Origin: Siniperca chuatsi
Lineage: Eukaryota
Reading direction: 5' to 3'
Length of the DNA stretch: 64,000 bases
Assembly: GCF_020085105.1 (NCBI RefSeq)
Contig: NC_058053.1
Coordinates: 24,477,196 to 24,541,195, forward strand
In this document: positions 45,293-60,570 of the stretch, piece by piece
How positions within the stretch are numbered: the first letter of the stretch is position 1
Layout: each line of letters starts with the position of its first letter
Translations under genes and position numbers: made by a program
Notes under the pieces: generated by a model
The model's input: only the letters and a program-made list of their open reading frames with translations
Database searches by the model: none
What the model was told of the DNA's origin: nothing

Positions 45293-47096
45293 TCTCTACC
45301 ATCAAGTAAAACAGTGTCTGTCTCCCTTACTGATAACACACTGATGATCCATCACTGCATAATGTCCAAGCGGCTGTTTCAGCAAAAGATAGCCTCCATT
45401 AAAATTAAGTAGCATGTCCCAAAAGTTGTGCATCTAGCAGCTAAAGACCCAGATGTTTTTTTCAGGGATTCTTTTTTTGAGGGGTTTGTGGAGTCCAAAA
45501 CAGAGCCAAAAAGAGCACGATGATTGGACAGCTTTATAAACTTGTGCTATGATGGTGGCTGTGTATCTGTCAGCTTGTTATGATGTTTTCTGTCCTCCAG
45601 TGCCCAAAAAGTGATTAATGCAACTTCATATTGCAGAGTTGGATTTTGATTGTCAGCAGTAGTATCTCTTTCATGCTTGGTGAAGTAATTTGATATCTAC
45701 ATGGAAATATTGCTTGATGCAGCTATAAAACTAATAAGGTAAAAAAAAAAAACAGTTTACTGATCTGGGTAACATTGCTAAGTAACCCCTTTTAATTTAT
45801 TTTAGTTTTGTTTCGATAAGAGTTCAGATTAAACAATGCGTAACTGCCCCTTTGTTGTCATGCAAGCAAAGTTGTGTATATTGAAAAAGAAGGAGTTCTG
45901 GTTAGAATATAAATAAAAATATAGATGATGAGATGATGAGAAAGAGAAAAATATAGACTTCTTTTCAAATTTATTCCATCTGAGGACCCTTTTCTGTCTG
46001 GCTTTTACATTGAAAGAAAATTCACAAGAGTGGAAGTAGTCTCACTGTCAGTTACATGTGACTTGACAGAGTTAGTCAGTGGCTGACTTCCTGGGTCAAA
46101 GCAAACACAAATTGCAGTTATCCACATGGGCTGCTTTATTTATAGCACAGCCAAAGGGCCATGCTGCCCTCCTCTGGATGAAGAGTTGGACTACAAACAA
46201 AAACGGTATGGAACCCTAAATATGTATGTATTGCCCAGAATAATTAGTGGTGGACAGTGAGCAGCTGCAGTGAACCAGTTGTATGTGTGTGGTCTGGTAT
46301 GTAAATTAGAATGCTGCTTCTTGCTATTTGAACCAACATCCTCAGATTTTAAACCAGCACTGGTTCTTATTTGTTTGTTCTTGTTATTTATTTAGACAAA
46401 ATTTCCCATAAAGATGTGATATTTGGAGTGGATAAATACTTTAACATATTGTAAATAGAAAACAGTAAATACTGGATATACACTGTGTTATACCATTTTT
46501 ACAACAATACCACACTACATTTTTACCCCAAAGATCTACCCTAAAACAAAAAAAGGAATATTTTAAATGATTCAAAGACAGGTACATGCACCAGTGGAAA
46601 CTGAAGTTTCCAGTTTGAACGTCTCCTCAAATCTAAAAATCTAATTTTATCTTTCTTTCTAAACAGCGGCAAAAGCACTTTCTCTGTCAGAGACAGGAGA
46701 CACTGAGGTCATAACCAAACCCAGTTAGTAACACAAAACCAAAGAGCTCTGCGGCAACCTGAACCAGCTGCAGCGGTCTAAAATGAAATAATCTGAAATC
46801 CAACGATGGGAACACAAAGTTGGCCAAAGCTTTGATTCAGATACCAAGCAGTCTGGTGACTCTAGAAGTGGCACACTGAGATTACTCAGTAGACAATAGT
46901 TACTGTTGTCATCTGGTTTGTTTATTTGGCTAAACATTACAGAAAAAGACTGAAGATCATAAATAGCAAATGCAGACAGAGGAAGTGTTTGGACTTAAAG
47001 AGAATGGTAGAGGACCAACACCTCAGAAGGTACTGAAGACTTGAGACTGATGTCCAAAACTGGGACATTTAAGCTTGTATACTGTATCTCTACAAT

Positions 47097-47402
47097 TCAA
47101 ATCCTCTGTATTGCACCAGAAAACATGTTTAGATATGTTTCACATTCACACATCACAGTTTCTTTTTCTTCTGCAAATGTGAAATCTAACATTTCCTCCC
47201 GCACAGCATCCTTTCTGTAAATATAAAGGTGAAAAGGTTGTACCGGGACGTGATGGTGAATTTGTGCTTTGAAATGGGGCTTTAAACAATCCTCCTCTTC
47301 ACTTGGAAATGGAGCGGCACAATCCCACCTGATATCACATTTCAGTCTCTTTAGATGTTCGGTTGCTTTTTTCATTTTTGAAATTTTAAGCCAAATCACC
47401 AT
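47097..47402 (-). other. Unassigned 101-aa ORF (…CLKPHFKAQIHHHVPVQPFHLYIYRKDAVREEMLDFTFAEEKETVMCECETYLNMFSGAIQRI); possible exon of an unknown gene or chance ORF
   Basis: ORF track only. No motif recognised. Confidence 0.15.
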
Positions 47403-47969
47403 TCTGTTTTATGAGCAGACAGTAAATTAAACATTGCACACATACACTACTTTGAAGTACTTTATGATTTAAGTAAAAGAAAAAAAATCATCACTTAATA
47501 TTTGCAAACATGTTTAAATACTCTGTTTGTAAAAATCTTACTAAATAAAGTTGACTGGTAAAATAAAGGTAAATAGTGCTCTGTAATATTACTATTTCTG
47601 CTACTACTATTATTACACAGCTTTTTTATTATATTTATTAGATTTATAACAGACACGTGATAGAAATCATGAACGTAAGCTGCAAATGGTACTTTATGAA
47701 GCATACAAGGAGTTCAAACAATGCCAAAGAGTTTAGTTATGTATCACAATTCTTCAGAAATGACAGATGAAATCCACAAGGGGGCATGTGAACTCACGAA
47801 CTTGTGTTTTCTTCACAGTGTGTGGCTTCAATCATGTGGAGCCATCCAGCTGTCTCAACAGGTTGAATGTGCATAGGTAGACTTTCATACGCTTGTTTCC
47901 TGTATGAAATGGCTGTATTCTTATTGCACTGCATTTTTATGAACTATGATAACCTGGTTAAGGGCCCTA

Positions 47970-48092
<123 letters not shown>

Positions 48093-48937
48093 ATTTCTCC
48101 CTCCTCGTCTCCTTGCAATTTTCCTGCTTGTGTCCAGTCTTCTTGACTGTTGTTGCTATGGCTGCTTTGACATAAAGTATGTTGGTGTTCAGGTTTGCTT
48201 TCTGTTGTTCTGCTGTCTAAAAATGTTCTAAAATAGATAGTAAATTATTGTTAATTACTGGTATATCCAGAAAGAAAAGAAAGACTGTTTTCATTCAAAT
48301 CATCATCATATAAGGTAAGGTATAAGGTTCATCTAAATGAAATAATTAAGTCTTGCTCATGACAAAACATTTTTTTTTAAATCTTGGGATTATTTTAACA
48401 GTGCCACATTGTTTTGTGGAGGATTGTGTGATGCTTACTCATGTCTGCAGGATCCTAACATTCCTGCATGAATACTAGAAGTCACACAGATGCCTAGAAC
48501 AAGCCCAGCTGCCCTTTTCTAACAGAATTACTGTTCTATCCCAAGTGAATTTGTCTGGTTGAGTCAGCTAATTGCATTGACTGAACTGTGAAGCACAACA
48601 TGGCAGCACCAAAAACAGAAACTGTAACTAGTGTTAATGTATGCTGATGTGTACATCATTCACATCCTAATACAGTTGGACTGTAGGACATAATTTGGCC
48701 GAGAAATGAAACACCACCAGCTTGACAAATATTGATAGTGTGAGCTACTGAAGATGTGGGAGTAGCTGTGTGTCCAAGAACATTTCTGAATGACAAATTG
48801 GACGATCACCATATGCATCATGCTGGAAAGGAAACGATGGATTGAAATAGAATAGCAGGAAGCAAGTTCTTCCCAATCAGAGCTTCCACTCATCCTGTGA
48901 TTGTGAAAAGATAACAGAATCAAATCAATACCGAATG

Positions 48938-48938
<1 letters not shown>

Positions 48939-48978
<40 letters not shown>
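48939..48978. repeat. (CA)n microsatellite
   Basis: Direct. Confidence 0.95.
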
Positions 48979-48981
<3 letters not shown>

Positions 48982-49184
48982 GCATCTCAGTGGGGATTTT
49001 CCCAGCTGTCATTTCTGCTGCCAGGACTTGCATCATCAGGTACCAGAAACCTCCAAAGCTTCTGAAAAGCTGCAGAGAGATGAGAGGATCACTGATAAAA
49101 CTGAGAATATTCTGAATTGCCCACAAACCCAGAGACAAAAAGTGAAGGATAGAGCAGGAGGCTCTGTTGGAGGATGTATTCAGA

Positions 49185-49320
49185 TCCTTTACTGAAGTAA
49201 AAATACTCCATTACAAGTCAAAGTCTTGCATTGGATTGCATTTACTTAAGTAAAAGTATGTAAGTATAATCAGGAAAATGTAGTTAAAGTATTAAAAGTG
49301 AAAGTGCTCAATGAAGAAAA
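49185..49320. repeat. Copy of the 'tacttaagtaaaagtac' repeat family
   Basis: Same motif words. Confidence 0.4.
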
Positions 49321-51300
49321 ATGGCCCCTATGACTGTTATACTGTTATATATCATTAGATTATTACAAAGGAAATATATTTTCTTCATACAGCCTGTGGG
49401 TATTTTCCTGCATATAGATTCAATCTGTCCATGTACCAATCATGCCTTAGCACTCCCTAATAGCAGCTACCTCTCACATCTCCCTTGGTAACTTTTTTCT
49501 GACTCCAGCAGTTGCAGACAGCACGTTATCTGAGTCATAACATGTTGTCACTCTGTGTTTAATTGGAGTATTACTTCAGAGAAAGCTGATTGCAGATTGG
49601 CTTTGATACTCTGCCCCCCCCCTCACCAACCCACCATCCAGACTGTCTTTGAGTAGCTTTGCAGGTGTGACACAGTGTCAGCTTTATTCAGAGCAAGGGC
49701 TGAACAGAGATGTGAGTCAGCTTTCTCATTTCTGTGCACTTCCCTTTGAGTCTGTAGAGCAGTTACCTCGATATATTTACTGAAGCAACTCAGGAACATT
49801 GTCACAATATTCATTCATTGTCCAGTTGTAATAGCTTAGCTGAGTACTGTGTACCATGTAGCACTGAGCTACATGGTACACAGCTACATGGTACATGAGT
49901 GTTGACTGCTGATTGCCCCTCGCAAATTGTAAAAAGATGTGCGAGTATTTCAGGTCTCTTGCATGCTCATGCATGGGTCGCGAAAAGGGAATTTGTTTTG
50001 AACATTAAAATGTGTTAAAATGAACGCAAGAGAAAATGATCTCATGTTGTAAATTGTAGGTTGCATGTTGCAAATTTGGTGAAATGCCCCCCCCCCAGGT
50101 CCTCTCACACAAGTCTTTTAGTTGTTCCAAAATGCAGGACGAAAACATTTGATGAGCTTTAAGTTTTTGTGCTTGGAGCCATTAGAACAGCCTGACGGAG
50201 GATCTATGAGTAGATGAAAGCACTGATATCTTTAAAGATAAACTTAAGATCTACCTCTCTGGCCTGGCTTTTGCTCAGAGTGTTTTATGGCTATTATTGG
50301 ATTTTATCTTTTATTATTTACTTTTTAAATCCCCTGAAAACTTGGCTTCAAATCTTAAGTATTTATCTATAACAATGAATAAGCATGACAACTAAATAAG
50401 CAACAGTCACAGTAAAAACAAAAACAAAAACAAACACCTTTAGGAGTTATTTTTATTGTAAGTTTAACACTCAAAAACTGTGACCAAGCAACCTACCTAC
50501 TGTCATTAGATTCTGAGTCAAATTCAAATAAGTTAAATCCTGATTAGTGCACTGGATTATGTGACATCACCATCATCATCATCATCATCAAAAAACAGAA
50601 ATCACTCATGTGAAATGACCAAAGCTGTTGTAAAAAAGTGTGTTGATCTCATCACTTCTATGGTAAGAAGCAGGTTGAGAAAATAAGTTTTCAGCCTTTA
50701 AATGTTTTTTATTGTCTTTCATCTACTATATTTTATTGTTTTTATAATTTCATTTTTATCATTTACATCTTAATTATACATACTCACATGCATTAGTCTC
50801 CAATTATTTCACAGTTTATATACAGTTTATATGTCTTATTATCAGCTTGTCAGTCACCTGTAAAGCGCGTGTATGAGATTGATTGATTGATTCAGCTAAT
50901 TCTGCTGTTAACCTCATAAGCATCAAGATGGAAGAGAAAATCATTACTGCTTCATGGGAGTACAAAGCACTGCAGTGGCTTAGTGTCTGACAAGCCTTCC
51001 AACTGGACTTCCAGGATTTCATTTTAACTTCTCGTTGGTACATGTAGCAACATGCCCACACTGACGCATGTGTGTTTTCTGACCAGCTCCCTCCTAAAAG
51101 TCTGGGGGCGGCCCAAGGCAATGACACTCATAAGAGAAAGATAAGAAAACTAAATACAAGGAGGGGAAAAAATCATTTAATATATTATTATTATTATTAT
51201 TATTACATTATGTTCATATATGCGTGTATGTGCACATATGTGTATATTTTGTTTTTCACCACATTTTCTTTTTTAATTTATGTGTTTATTTAATTTATTT

Positions 51301-51307
51301 ATCATCA

Positions 51308-51350
<43 letters not shown>
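51301..51350. repeat. (ATT)n/(TTA)n microsatellite, plus nearby (TTA)n at 51185-51205
   Basis: Direct. Confidence 0.9.
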
Positions 51351-51351
<1 letters not shown>

Positions 51352-52699
51352 TTACTTATTTATTTCTCTCTCCTCCCCCTCCTCCTCGCACATCCCTCTG
51401 GTCACAGTTAGGCATATATGATTACAAGACACACTTACACAACACACTTTTGTTTGTTAGTATACACAAACACGTACAATACTCTCACCAACAAAAACAA
51501 CAAAACACCTGTACCATATTCAAATCGTAACCACTGTTTGTTATGTCTTGTGTTGATGTCTGTATATTTTGTAACACATTTTCCCTCTAATTTGTCATCT
51601 CTTTGGATTATGTCACAGTGAGAAAATGAAAAGGAAAGAAAAACAGCTTCACACATGTGCCTGCACCTCATAGAGTACTGCAGTGCCCAAACCTGCCAGG
51701 AGGAGGAGCTCTGGCTCCTATGGTTGACACCAACCATGCTACTCTCTGACACAGTGGATGATGGTTAGAGTGAGGATTTTATCTCACATTCCTTCTTTTG
51801 GGAGCCACACATGGTCATAATTTCCCTGAATAGTAGTCATCACCTTACACACCAGACATTTGTCCTCCTGATTGATTCCATTCATGCAAAAAAGTAAAGC
51901 ACATTAGAGCTCCTCCTCCCTCATCCATCCCTTCTTCCTCCTTCTGCATCCTTCTCTGCCTCCTCTTTTTATACCTCCTGTGTTCACTGCCACCTGTCTA
52001 CTGTCTTTCCCTCTTCCACTGATGTTATTTACTCATCTAACTCATCTTATTGCACAGTATGTCACATCAGCTGGACATGGATTCCCTCCATCTCTCTCTT
52101 TCTCAGCTTCTCCTCCTCATCCTCCTCTTTCTCCTCTTGTGGCTTAGTTAAGCTTGAATGAGAGAACACAGGGAGTGTAGTAATACTGTAGCAGGACTCT
52201 GGGTTAAAGTCACACAACTGAAAACCTGACACCTGCGGTGGACTGCATGGTGGTGGATGACAGTGGCTGCCCAAATATCAATATAAGACACACACAGAAA
52301 TATGAGGAAGCAAAGCATGAGTGTGTGCGTAAGGATACCTGCCCACTTTCTAAGTACACATTTGGGTGTTTTCATCTATTTAATATTCCCTAAAGGAAAC
52401 ATTTATACAATTTCCCTGAAATAATGTTTGTTTTTTTTGCACTGAGCGAATCATGTTACTCAGTTGGCAACAAATATTCGTTGTCAGATTTTTGGGCTTC
52501 TGAACTTAATTTTTGTTCAAATATTTTATGATTTGAATCATAATTCTATTAAATATATCCTGTATTTCATTTTGTGTACAGCGGCTTGCGTTTAAACAAC
52601 ATTAAGCACTGATGCATTGTAGAAATACAGCTTATTTAGCTAAATGGAAAAAGTAAAAAGGTGTTTCTGCAAATATTGTTTCGGTATCATGGAAAACTG

Positions 52700-53530
52700 A
52701 GGTATCAGGTCTGCATACTACGGCTAAGAATTTGCAGCCATGCCCTGTGAGGCTGCGCTCAGTGGTACTTGAGCTAAATGCTAACGTCAGCATGCTAACA
52801 TGCTCACAATGACAAAGCTAACATGCTGATGTTTAGCAGGTGGTGTTCACATTCACCATCTGGCACCTTGTCTACACACAGGCTGCATAGCAAAAGCAGC
52901 ACATTGGCACATCAGCAGCAGAAGCTTCAGTCCTCTCACTGTCTACACAGGATGCATTCAGGCACGGTACTGCTTTGTAGATCACCCATGTTTCAGCAGC
53001 ACTCAAAGCAACACACTGTAGTTATGCACGTAAAAGTGAAGTTGAACTTGAAACGTTGAAATATGGGGTAAAGCGTGAGTGAAACAAAAACCATTATAAT
53101 GGCCCATGTAGACAGCTGTATCGATAAAAAACAGAGGTGAATCTGAACTGTCAGACATGCGAGAGACAGATTATAAAACGTGGCAAAAAAACATCACACA
53201 CAAGCAAAGTATTGGACAAAATGAAAATATGAAATGATCATGGTGCTGTATGGAAAGTTTGTGGATCATTTAAGTTGGCAATTCACCCAATAGATGTTGA
53301 GACATTTCATTTAAACCCCGTCAAACCCATTGTGGCGCCAGATGAAAAGTCAGGGGATCACCAAAAGTAATTAGGATTCATCCTCTGGGGACCATGAATG
53401 TCTGTACAAAATTTCATGGCAATCCATCCAGTAGTTGCTGAGATACTTCAGTCTGGACCAAAGTGGTGCTCTGACAGACCGCCTGACTGACGAATGTCCT
53501 TGACTTAAAGGCCTTGTAGGTTTGTGCCAA
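52700..53530 (+). mobile_element. Unclassified teleost interspersed repeat ('gctaacatgctaacatgctgatg...', '...gtcagg(g/a)gatcaccaaaagtaattaggattcatcc.ctggggaccatgaatg.ctg.ac.aaatttcatgg'); copy 1
   Basis: Collinear similarity with 61380-62040 (same orientation), aligned by eye. Confidence 0.5.
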
Positions 53531-56500
53531 TCAATGACACAGTAATCACTTAAATGTAAACTACCCCCACTGATTGGAACAAGAATCAATATAACAGAGT
53601 GAGAGAGCTGTTAGGGAGACTGAGTGAGCCATACAACATCTGGAACTTGGACAACAAGCTATGCATTTTCTCCACCTACTGCTCCCACAAATCCACATAG
53701 CAAGGCTGGATTTACCAGGTGGGAAAAGTGGGCAACCGCCCTGGCACTCCAGACTCCCAGGTATCCGTGCATGCAATCAATGTACGTCAGCTGGCTTTGG
53801 TAATTTGATTAATGGAAATTTTATTAGAGAATCTACACCACAAATGTACAAAATCAACTAAGGTAGGTTTTATATTAGTAGGGCTGGTCACATCAGCATT
53901 TAAAATGGCAGAATTTCACGACGAAAATCACTTCATTCCAACGGAATTGTCACAATCAATGGATTCGCTTGCAGCGGAAAAGTAAATTCATGTGAATTTT
54001 TTCCATCAAGATCAATGTTGGTGAACTTTGACATGAGAATTTGTGCTGTTGACCATCAGCAAGCCGTCTTGACACTGCTGAACTTTAGGGGTAATGGAGA
54101 GCAAGAGAGTCCAAAATGGAGGAAGCTATTAATGTTATTACTTTAGCTTATTAGCTGTGTTGCACCATCCACTTTTATTTAATCTCCTCTGTTGGAGCCA
54201 TTACTACGAGGCCAGGACAGCGACACTTTTGATTTTGGCATCAAAAATAACATTTTGCATTTAAAACAAAACCTGAACTAAAAAACTGACACACATATTC
54301 AAAAAAGTTGTATTGGCACTGAAAGAAGTTCCACTAAAAAATAAAACTCAAGCATAAAAAAAAAAGAGCTAATTTTTTCCCCAGGGCCCCCTAACAGATT
54401 TATCCTTCCATGATCCATACAGACATATATAGAAAGACAAACAGTCCCTCTGTTTATTTCTTTCTCCAGGCCTGCAGCAGATTGCTTTGCACAGTACAAT
54501 GATCATAACAGTCAGCATTAATATTTTTGTGCTTGCTCTTCTCCCAGAGAGAAAGAGACAGAAGAGGTGGTGCAACTAAAAGGGAAACATTTTATGTTTT
54601 GAAGTAGGAGGTCATTGTGGGAGCTGGAAACAAGTGCTGCAGGTTCAGTTTTAAATCCTTGTTGACATTCATTTTCATTTCCCAACACAAGTGCTGAATG
54701 TGAACAGACACAATGTCCAGTTAAGATAGATGGTGTAAACTGATCCCTACAACCCTCCTACATTTAAACTTTGGCTGAAGCATGAGAGCACAGAATCTGA
54801 AAAAAGGCACACATGCCTTTGTAAGGGACTGCTTTTGTGCATATACTGTATGTATGAACAGTATGATCTTCATTTGTCAAAGTGGAGTCTGCATTCATGT
54901 TTATTGTCGGTATTGTGAGTCCAGTCTTAGGTCTGTCAAAGTCCAAACTTTGTAGAAGCTGTGACTCTTTTAGTGAATTGGAGATCATTGGGAATTAAAA
55001 AGGAAACAGCTGTCAATGATATACTTCATTCTCGGGTTCACTCATGAATAAGCCACTGACTTATTTTGTGAGGGTCCATTGCACAATTCTTTCTTCATCA
55101 TCTATAGAGTAAATTGACCTTTTCAGTTAAACAGACAGCTGCCATAAGCTGTCTGGCTGTCTTATACTGCATTTTCAGTCATCAGTCGAATAGTTTCACA
55201 TCATTTTCCTCCAGTTATTTGGTATGTACACCTGATTCAGGTGGAACAAAGTACTATTTATTAGGAAGTTCTCAAGTTCTCAAGGGTGATTAACGATTCA
55301 AGACACTGTCATATAAGGCCCATTTTGCTTCTCTAATTCTTTTTGAACAAATTGTTGAGTTGCAGCAATCTAGGTCTTTTGTGTAGGACATCATTAAGAT
55401 ATGTAAGAAGCTGGAATAAATAGCAGAAGAACTGAATAGTGAGCCTTCGACTAAGAAAAGAATATTCAAGTAACTGCCCTCAGTGTTTGACAGCTAATCT
55501 CTGGAACATGCAGAGTTAAAACATAAAATAAATGCTAAGCACAAACAAAAGACAAAAACCTGACAAAAAGCAATATGTTGCAGATTACTTTTGCAACTAC
55601 TTCTTGAAATGCTGGCATTTAACTAACCTTTCTAGACCTTCAACTCTTATTCAACTCTAATTAAATGAAAGAATGTGTACGTGAATGCAGAGCTGAAATC
55701 AAGGTTGTTTATAACTGAAAAGTGTTTGACGCAAAACATGTCAGACAATGAGCTTCCTTGTCAGAAAATAGAAAATTATCCAACGCCCACTGCAGTTCTG
55801 CATCATGGAGCACTAATGGAAGCATTGTAGATAAAATTAAGGTACAGGTGCAAACACCTCAGGAGAATGAGGTCGAACAAATTCATTTTGGAGATTCCCA
55901 GTCAGACAAAAGTCCAGCGAGCAGTGAAATCTGACTCCTCCTGCCAAACAGTATTAAATTGGCTCATTTTGTCTTTGCTCTCACTCGCTTGCCAGGTTTC
56001 TGATAACATATTCAATACAAAGCTGGCAGCAAATTAATGGCCCCTGACATAATAAACAGAACTCGATACTGTTTGCGTAGCCTGTGGGTGTGAAAGCAAT
56101 TCACTTCATAAATGTTGGCAATAGGCATCCAATTAATTTATGGACTGTCAATATCTGTAGTTAACATGGAACAGGAAAGAGATTATATCAACAACCACAA
56201 TAAGTATTTACATATTTTTTATGTTTAAACAAAAAGATAATTTAAATTCAAACAAGTTAACAAACACAATAACAAAATATTTAATAAAGTATTTCACTTA
56301 ATGTGTTTTGGGAGACACTAAATTTCAGAGAGAATTATATTGTTTTTTTTCTCCACTACATTGATCTTCAGCTGGTGTTCGCTCAGACCAGGGGCCTGGA
56401 TCACGAAGCAAGTTCAGTTTAGTCTGGCTTCCTTGAGCCTAACATTGACCGTCCTGGATAACCCGTAGCACAAAGCTGGTTATCAAATAGTTCTGTTAAC

Positions 56501-57164
56501 TCTGGGTTTTCCAATCCAGCTACTTTTACAATGACTAGTTTTACAATATATTGGGATACTTGCTTCCTACTACTTAAGGTGAATTCTGAAGGCAGGACTT
56601 TTAGACTTCAGCAGTTTTGTAGATTTCAGTTTCCTTTCAAGACTAACAGCCCATGAAGCAAAAGCCTCAAAAAGATGGCCTCTAGGCGAATACTCCTCGT
56701 ATTTTTCTCTTCTGCCAGATATTCTGACTGAAGCCAGTCACTTTCACTGGTGCTGCCTCCATGGAATCTAATTTCATGCTGCTCTCACCGTGCACCATCC
56801 TCTGGTCACGCTACTGATCTAATATCTCAGCCGTTGGATTGATTTACATTGCTACAGCTTCTATTTGGAATGCTTCTGTCTTAATGTAATAACTGAACCT
56901 GCATGCTTTTTATGTCAATGTTGTAGGCCATTTGGGTTCGGACTTCATCACATACCACTGCACTAACTAGATTGACCAACACTGTCTAAAGATTTTCTTA
57001 AAACTAACATATGACAGAAAAGAACCTGAAACTGGTTGGACTTAGTTTGAACTGCTTTACATCAATGATTGTTTTTTCTAGAGAACTACTTAATAATTAA
57101 CTTTAAGGATGAGCCATTGTAAATAAAGATTGTGTTATATTCTGACATCCATGTCAGATAATTA

Positions 57165-57589
57165 AGTCAAGCTGGGAAACAGGGAATTCAATGGAATAGG
57201 ACCCAAGCGCAGATAAGCAGGTAGCTGGTGCAGATCAATAGTTTATTAACAAAAAGGCTTACACTGAATTGGCAGGACAAAAAGCAACTCTAAGCAGGTA
57301 AGCAGTCCAAAACAGAAAAACAAGTCCAAAGGTGAGCAGGCAAAATCCAAAATCCAAATTCCACAGACAGGCAACAACAAGGGAAGAAACCAGGGCACTA
57401 GACAGAGATACAACAACAAACTGACAAATGAACAACCAAGGACAAAGACTGAAATACACTTAGGTTAGGGAGGCAACGAGACACAGGTGAAAACAATCAA
57501 AGTAAATCAAAGACAGGATGCAAAACTAAAAGAGACTTGAGGGAAGGAGATGAACACAAACCCCAAAACCATGACATGTGCAATATGTT

Positions 57590-57590
<1 letters not shown>
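57165..57590 (+). mobile_element. Second copy of the 4375-5190 repeat family (no minisatellite expansion)
   Basis: 'gtcaagctgggaaacagggaat...aaaaggcttacactgaattggcaggacaaa...gcaggtaagcagtccaaaacagaaa...ccccaaaaccatgaca'. Confidence 0.55.
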
Positions 57591-57985
<395 letters not shown>

Positions 57986-59779
57986 GGCAAGCACAATGCA
58001 AATACCACCTAGAATATTTACAATAGTAATAATGTAATGGTAGTGGTAACATTAACTGTGTGTTCAGACAAAATATGAGGCCAATTTTGGAGGTGGTGTG
58101 ACTGACAAAATGACACAAAATCAATGGAAAAATGCAGTTAGATGCGAATTTGCCCAGGCGGCGTGAAATGACGTGAAGACGAGTCCTCGCGAGTTGAATA
58201 TGTTTTAACATGACCTCTTATCCCGGGGCTTTATGAATCTGCTTCATAAACATACAGAGATGAAAGGAAAAGGGAGAGAAACTTGGGGGAAATAAAACAA
58301 AGAACTGAAGTTCCTGCTGAGTTCTGAGATCAGTCAGAAGCTGAACTCAACACCAACACACACAGGCACACTCCCACACAGGGGCAAATGTTTGCAGCTA
58401 GCTTGCAGCTAATATCTGTACAGTCTGTAAATTGGCTGTTTGGGGCGAATAAACACAGAGTGCACAAACCGTCCAGTAGTCAAATTTGTGTGAATGACTC
58501 ATTAAAATATGTTCATATACAGCTAATTTGCAACATCCATTTTGTGTGAAACGTGATGCTGCCCAAAATCCGTTTTTTATCAACATAATGAGAAAACTTA
58601 ACTTAACAAATCTACCACGTTGCAAAAAGTTGATACTGAATGTATCAGTAAAATATTATCTGACAACCTTTTGAATTTGTTGTAGCAGCTAAAGCCTCAA
58701 AAAAACATTTGATGGTTAGGCACGCACAACACTTTAAGGTTAGGTAAAGTTCATGGTTTTGGATTAATATTGAAAAAATACACTGATTTGAAGCAAAAGA
58801 CAGATGTGCTTACTTAATCAACACTTAGCAGAAACCACAATCTTTCCCTGACCTTAACCAAGGTAACATAATTCAGACACCAATTACATGCAATCCCTGC
58901 AAAACATACTTGGCAAAAATGAATTAGTTGCATGTAAACTCAATTTGGCAAAATACAACCTCAACAAATCTGACTGTTTGCCTCTTCGCCAACAAAATGG
59001 GGTACAGCAGGATTATTGTTCAATTTGCGAATTCAGTACTGGATTCAGTTTTGAAAAATACTATTGACCTCGAAAGCATGTTCTCTTCTATTTCCTGTTT
59101 CATGAACCAAAACAGCACTGAGAGTTAAGAGAGGTCAGGAAGAACACAAAGTAGCCTCATACAGCACAGTATCCTATTTCTCCCCTTTCTCTCCATTAAT
59201 GACACACCACTTTTCAATGAGGTCCATACTACAGTATGCCTGAAATAAAAGCATTTGAGGGGATTGATCGATACCTATTGATTGCTATAAGATATTTAGT
59301 TCATCTATCCACTTAACTCGGGCTGAAATAAAAGCAGCACTCTGGACAAAGTTGTTTTTTGTTCTTTCACAGCTCAAGCTGTATAAACAGACCCTAAAGA
59401 ATAACCCAGTGGTTTGGTGTGAAAACCGCCTGTCGTTTCAGTTCAGCCGAATCGATTTAGCCTGGATTTCTGTTAAACACATTAGAGCACTTTGATTTTT
59501 TCTCTCTCTCTTTCAAACCAAAGTCTCTGCAGACACTCACAGGTCTGTCCCTCCTCTTTCATAAAAAGCATTCTCACTCAGAGTAAATTTAGAAGACAGG
59601 TTTAGTTCAGCCTTATGGTGCCCCAAAATATCATGAATTTAAAGTATATTTTGGATGGGTGGATTTTTGAAAGGTAACAGACTTTTGAACATTTTGCAGA
59701 CAGTTTTTCTAAAGCTATGATCAAAAAGCCAAAAGCTAAAATAAAAACTTACATGATGTCATCTGGCAAATGATAAGAA

Positions 59780-60570
59780 ATGTATAGAGTATCTGAGTAT
59801 ATCTGAGCGATGCTTGTCGAAGGTCCCTTTCACACCTGTAGTTTGGTTCACTTGTTCTGGACCAAGGGGAAAAAAAATACGCATTGTTGTCTTTTAGTTG
59901 TAGTCCATTTTGACTTGAACCAAGAGGAGTAAACATGACGTCTAATGGACTGACAGGTAATTCACTGAACAATTTTGATAACATCATTCTGCATCATCAT
60001 CTTTATTCTTATTCTACACTTTACCATGCTGTTTGGGTTCATTTATTTTCTCTGGTGGCCACAAAAAGCTTGCTAAGAAATAATGTATTATCAAGATTGC
60101 AACTGGACCTCATATGTCATAAATAATGACAGAGACGTAAAAGCAGGAAAATAAAAATAGTCATTTGTCGTAAAAGGGTGGGGGGGTGGGGCTGGATGAA
60201 ACGAGAAGGACACAACACAAGCTGAACACATCTTTATTTTAACTTTTCTAATGCAAAATCCCTGCATGAGATCACATGATCAGCAGATGGATTTAATAGT
60301 AGTTAATTGTTGGAAATCCTGCTAAAATCACTTATCCACTATCACACAGTCTTGTGGTTGGTCTGCTCTATTTTTACACCACAAACTAACTGCACCAGAA
60401 CTCGGTTGGAAGCAGAGCAACACTCACATTTTCATGCAGTCTTGGTCCAGTTGTTTGGTTTGCAATTCGAAAAGACAGCTTTCACAGCAGCCAGAATCAA
60501 TTAAACTATATGGACAAATGCAACAGAGTTCGGTTGAAGCTTACCAAACTGTTTAGGTGTGAAAGCACCC
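59780..60570. mobile_element. Possible MITE-like element bounded by imperfect inverted repeats ('...ccctttcacacctgtagtttggttcac' / reverse complement 'gggtgctttcacacctaaacagtttggtaagc')
   Basis: Inverted similarity of ~25-30 bp at both ends, seen by eye. No coding capacity. Confidence 0.25.
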
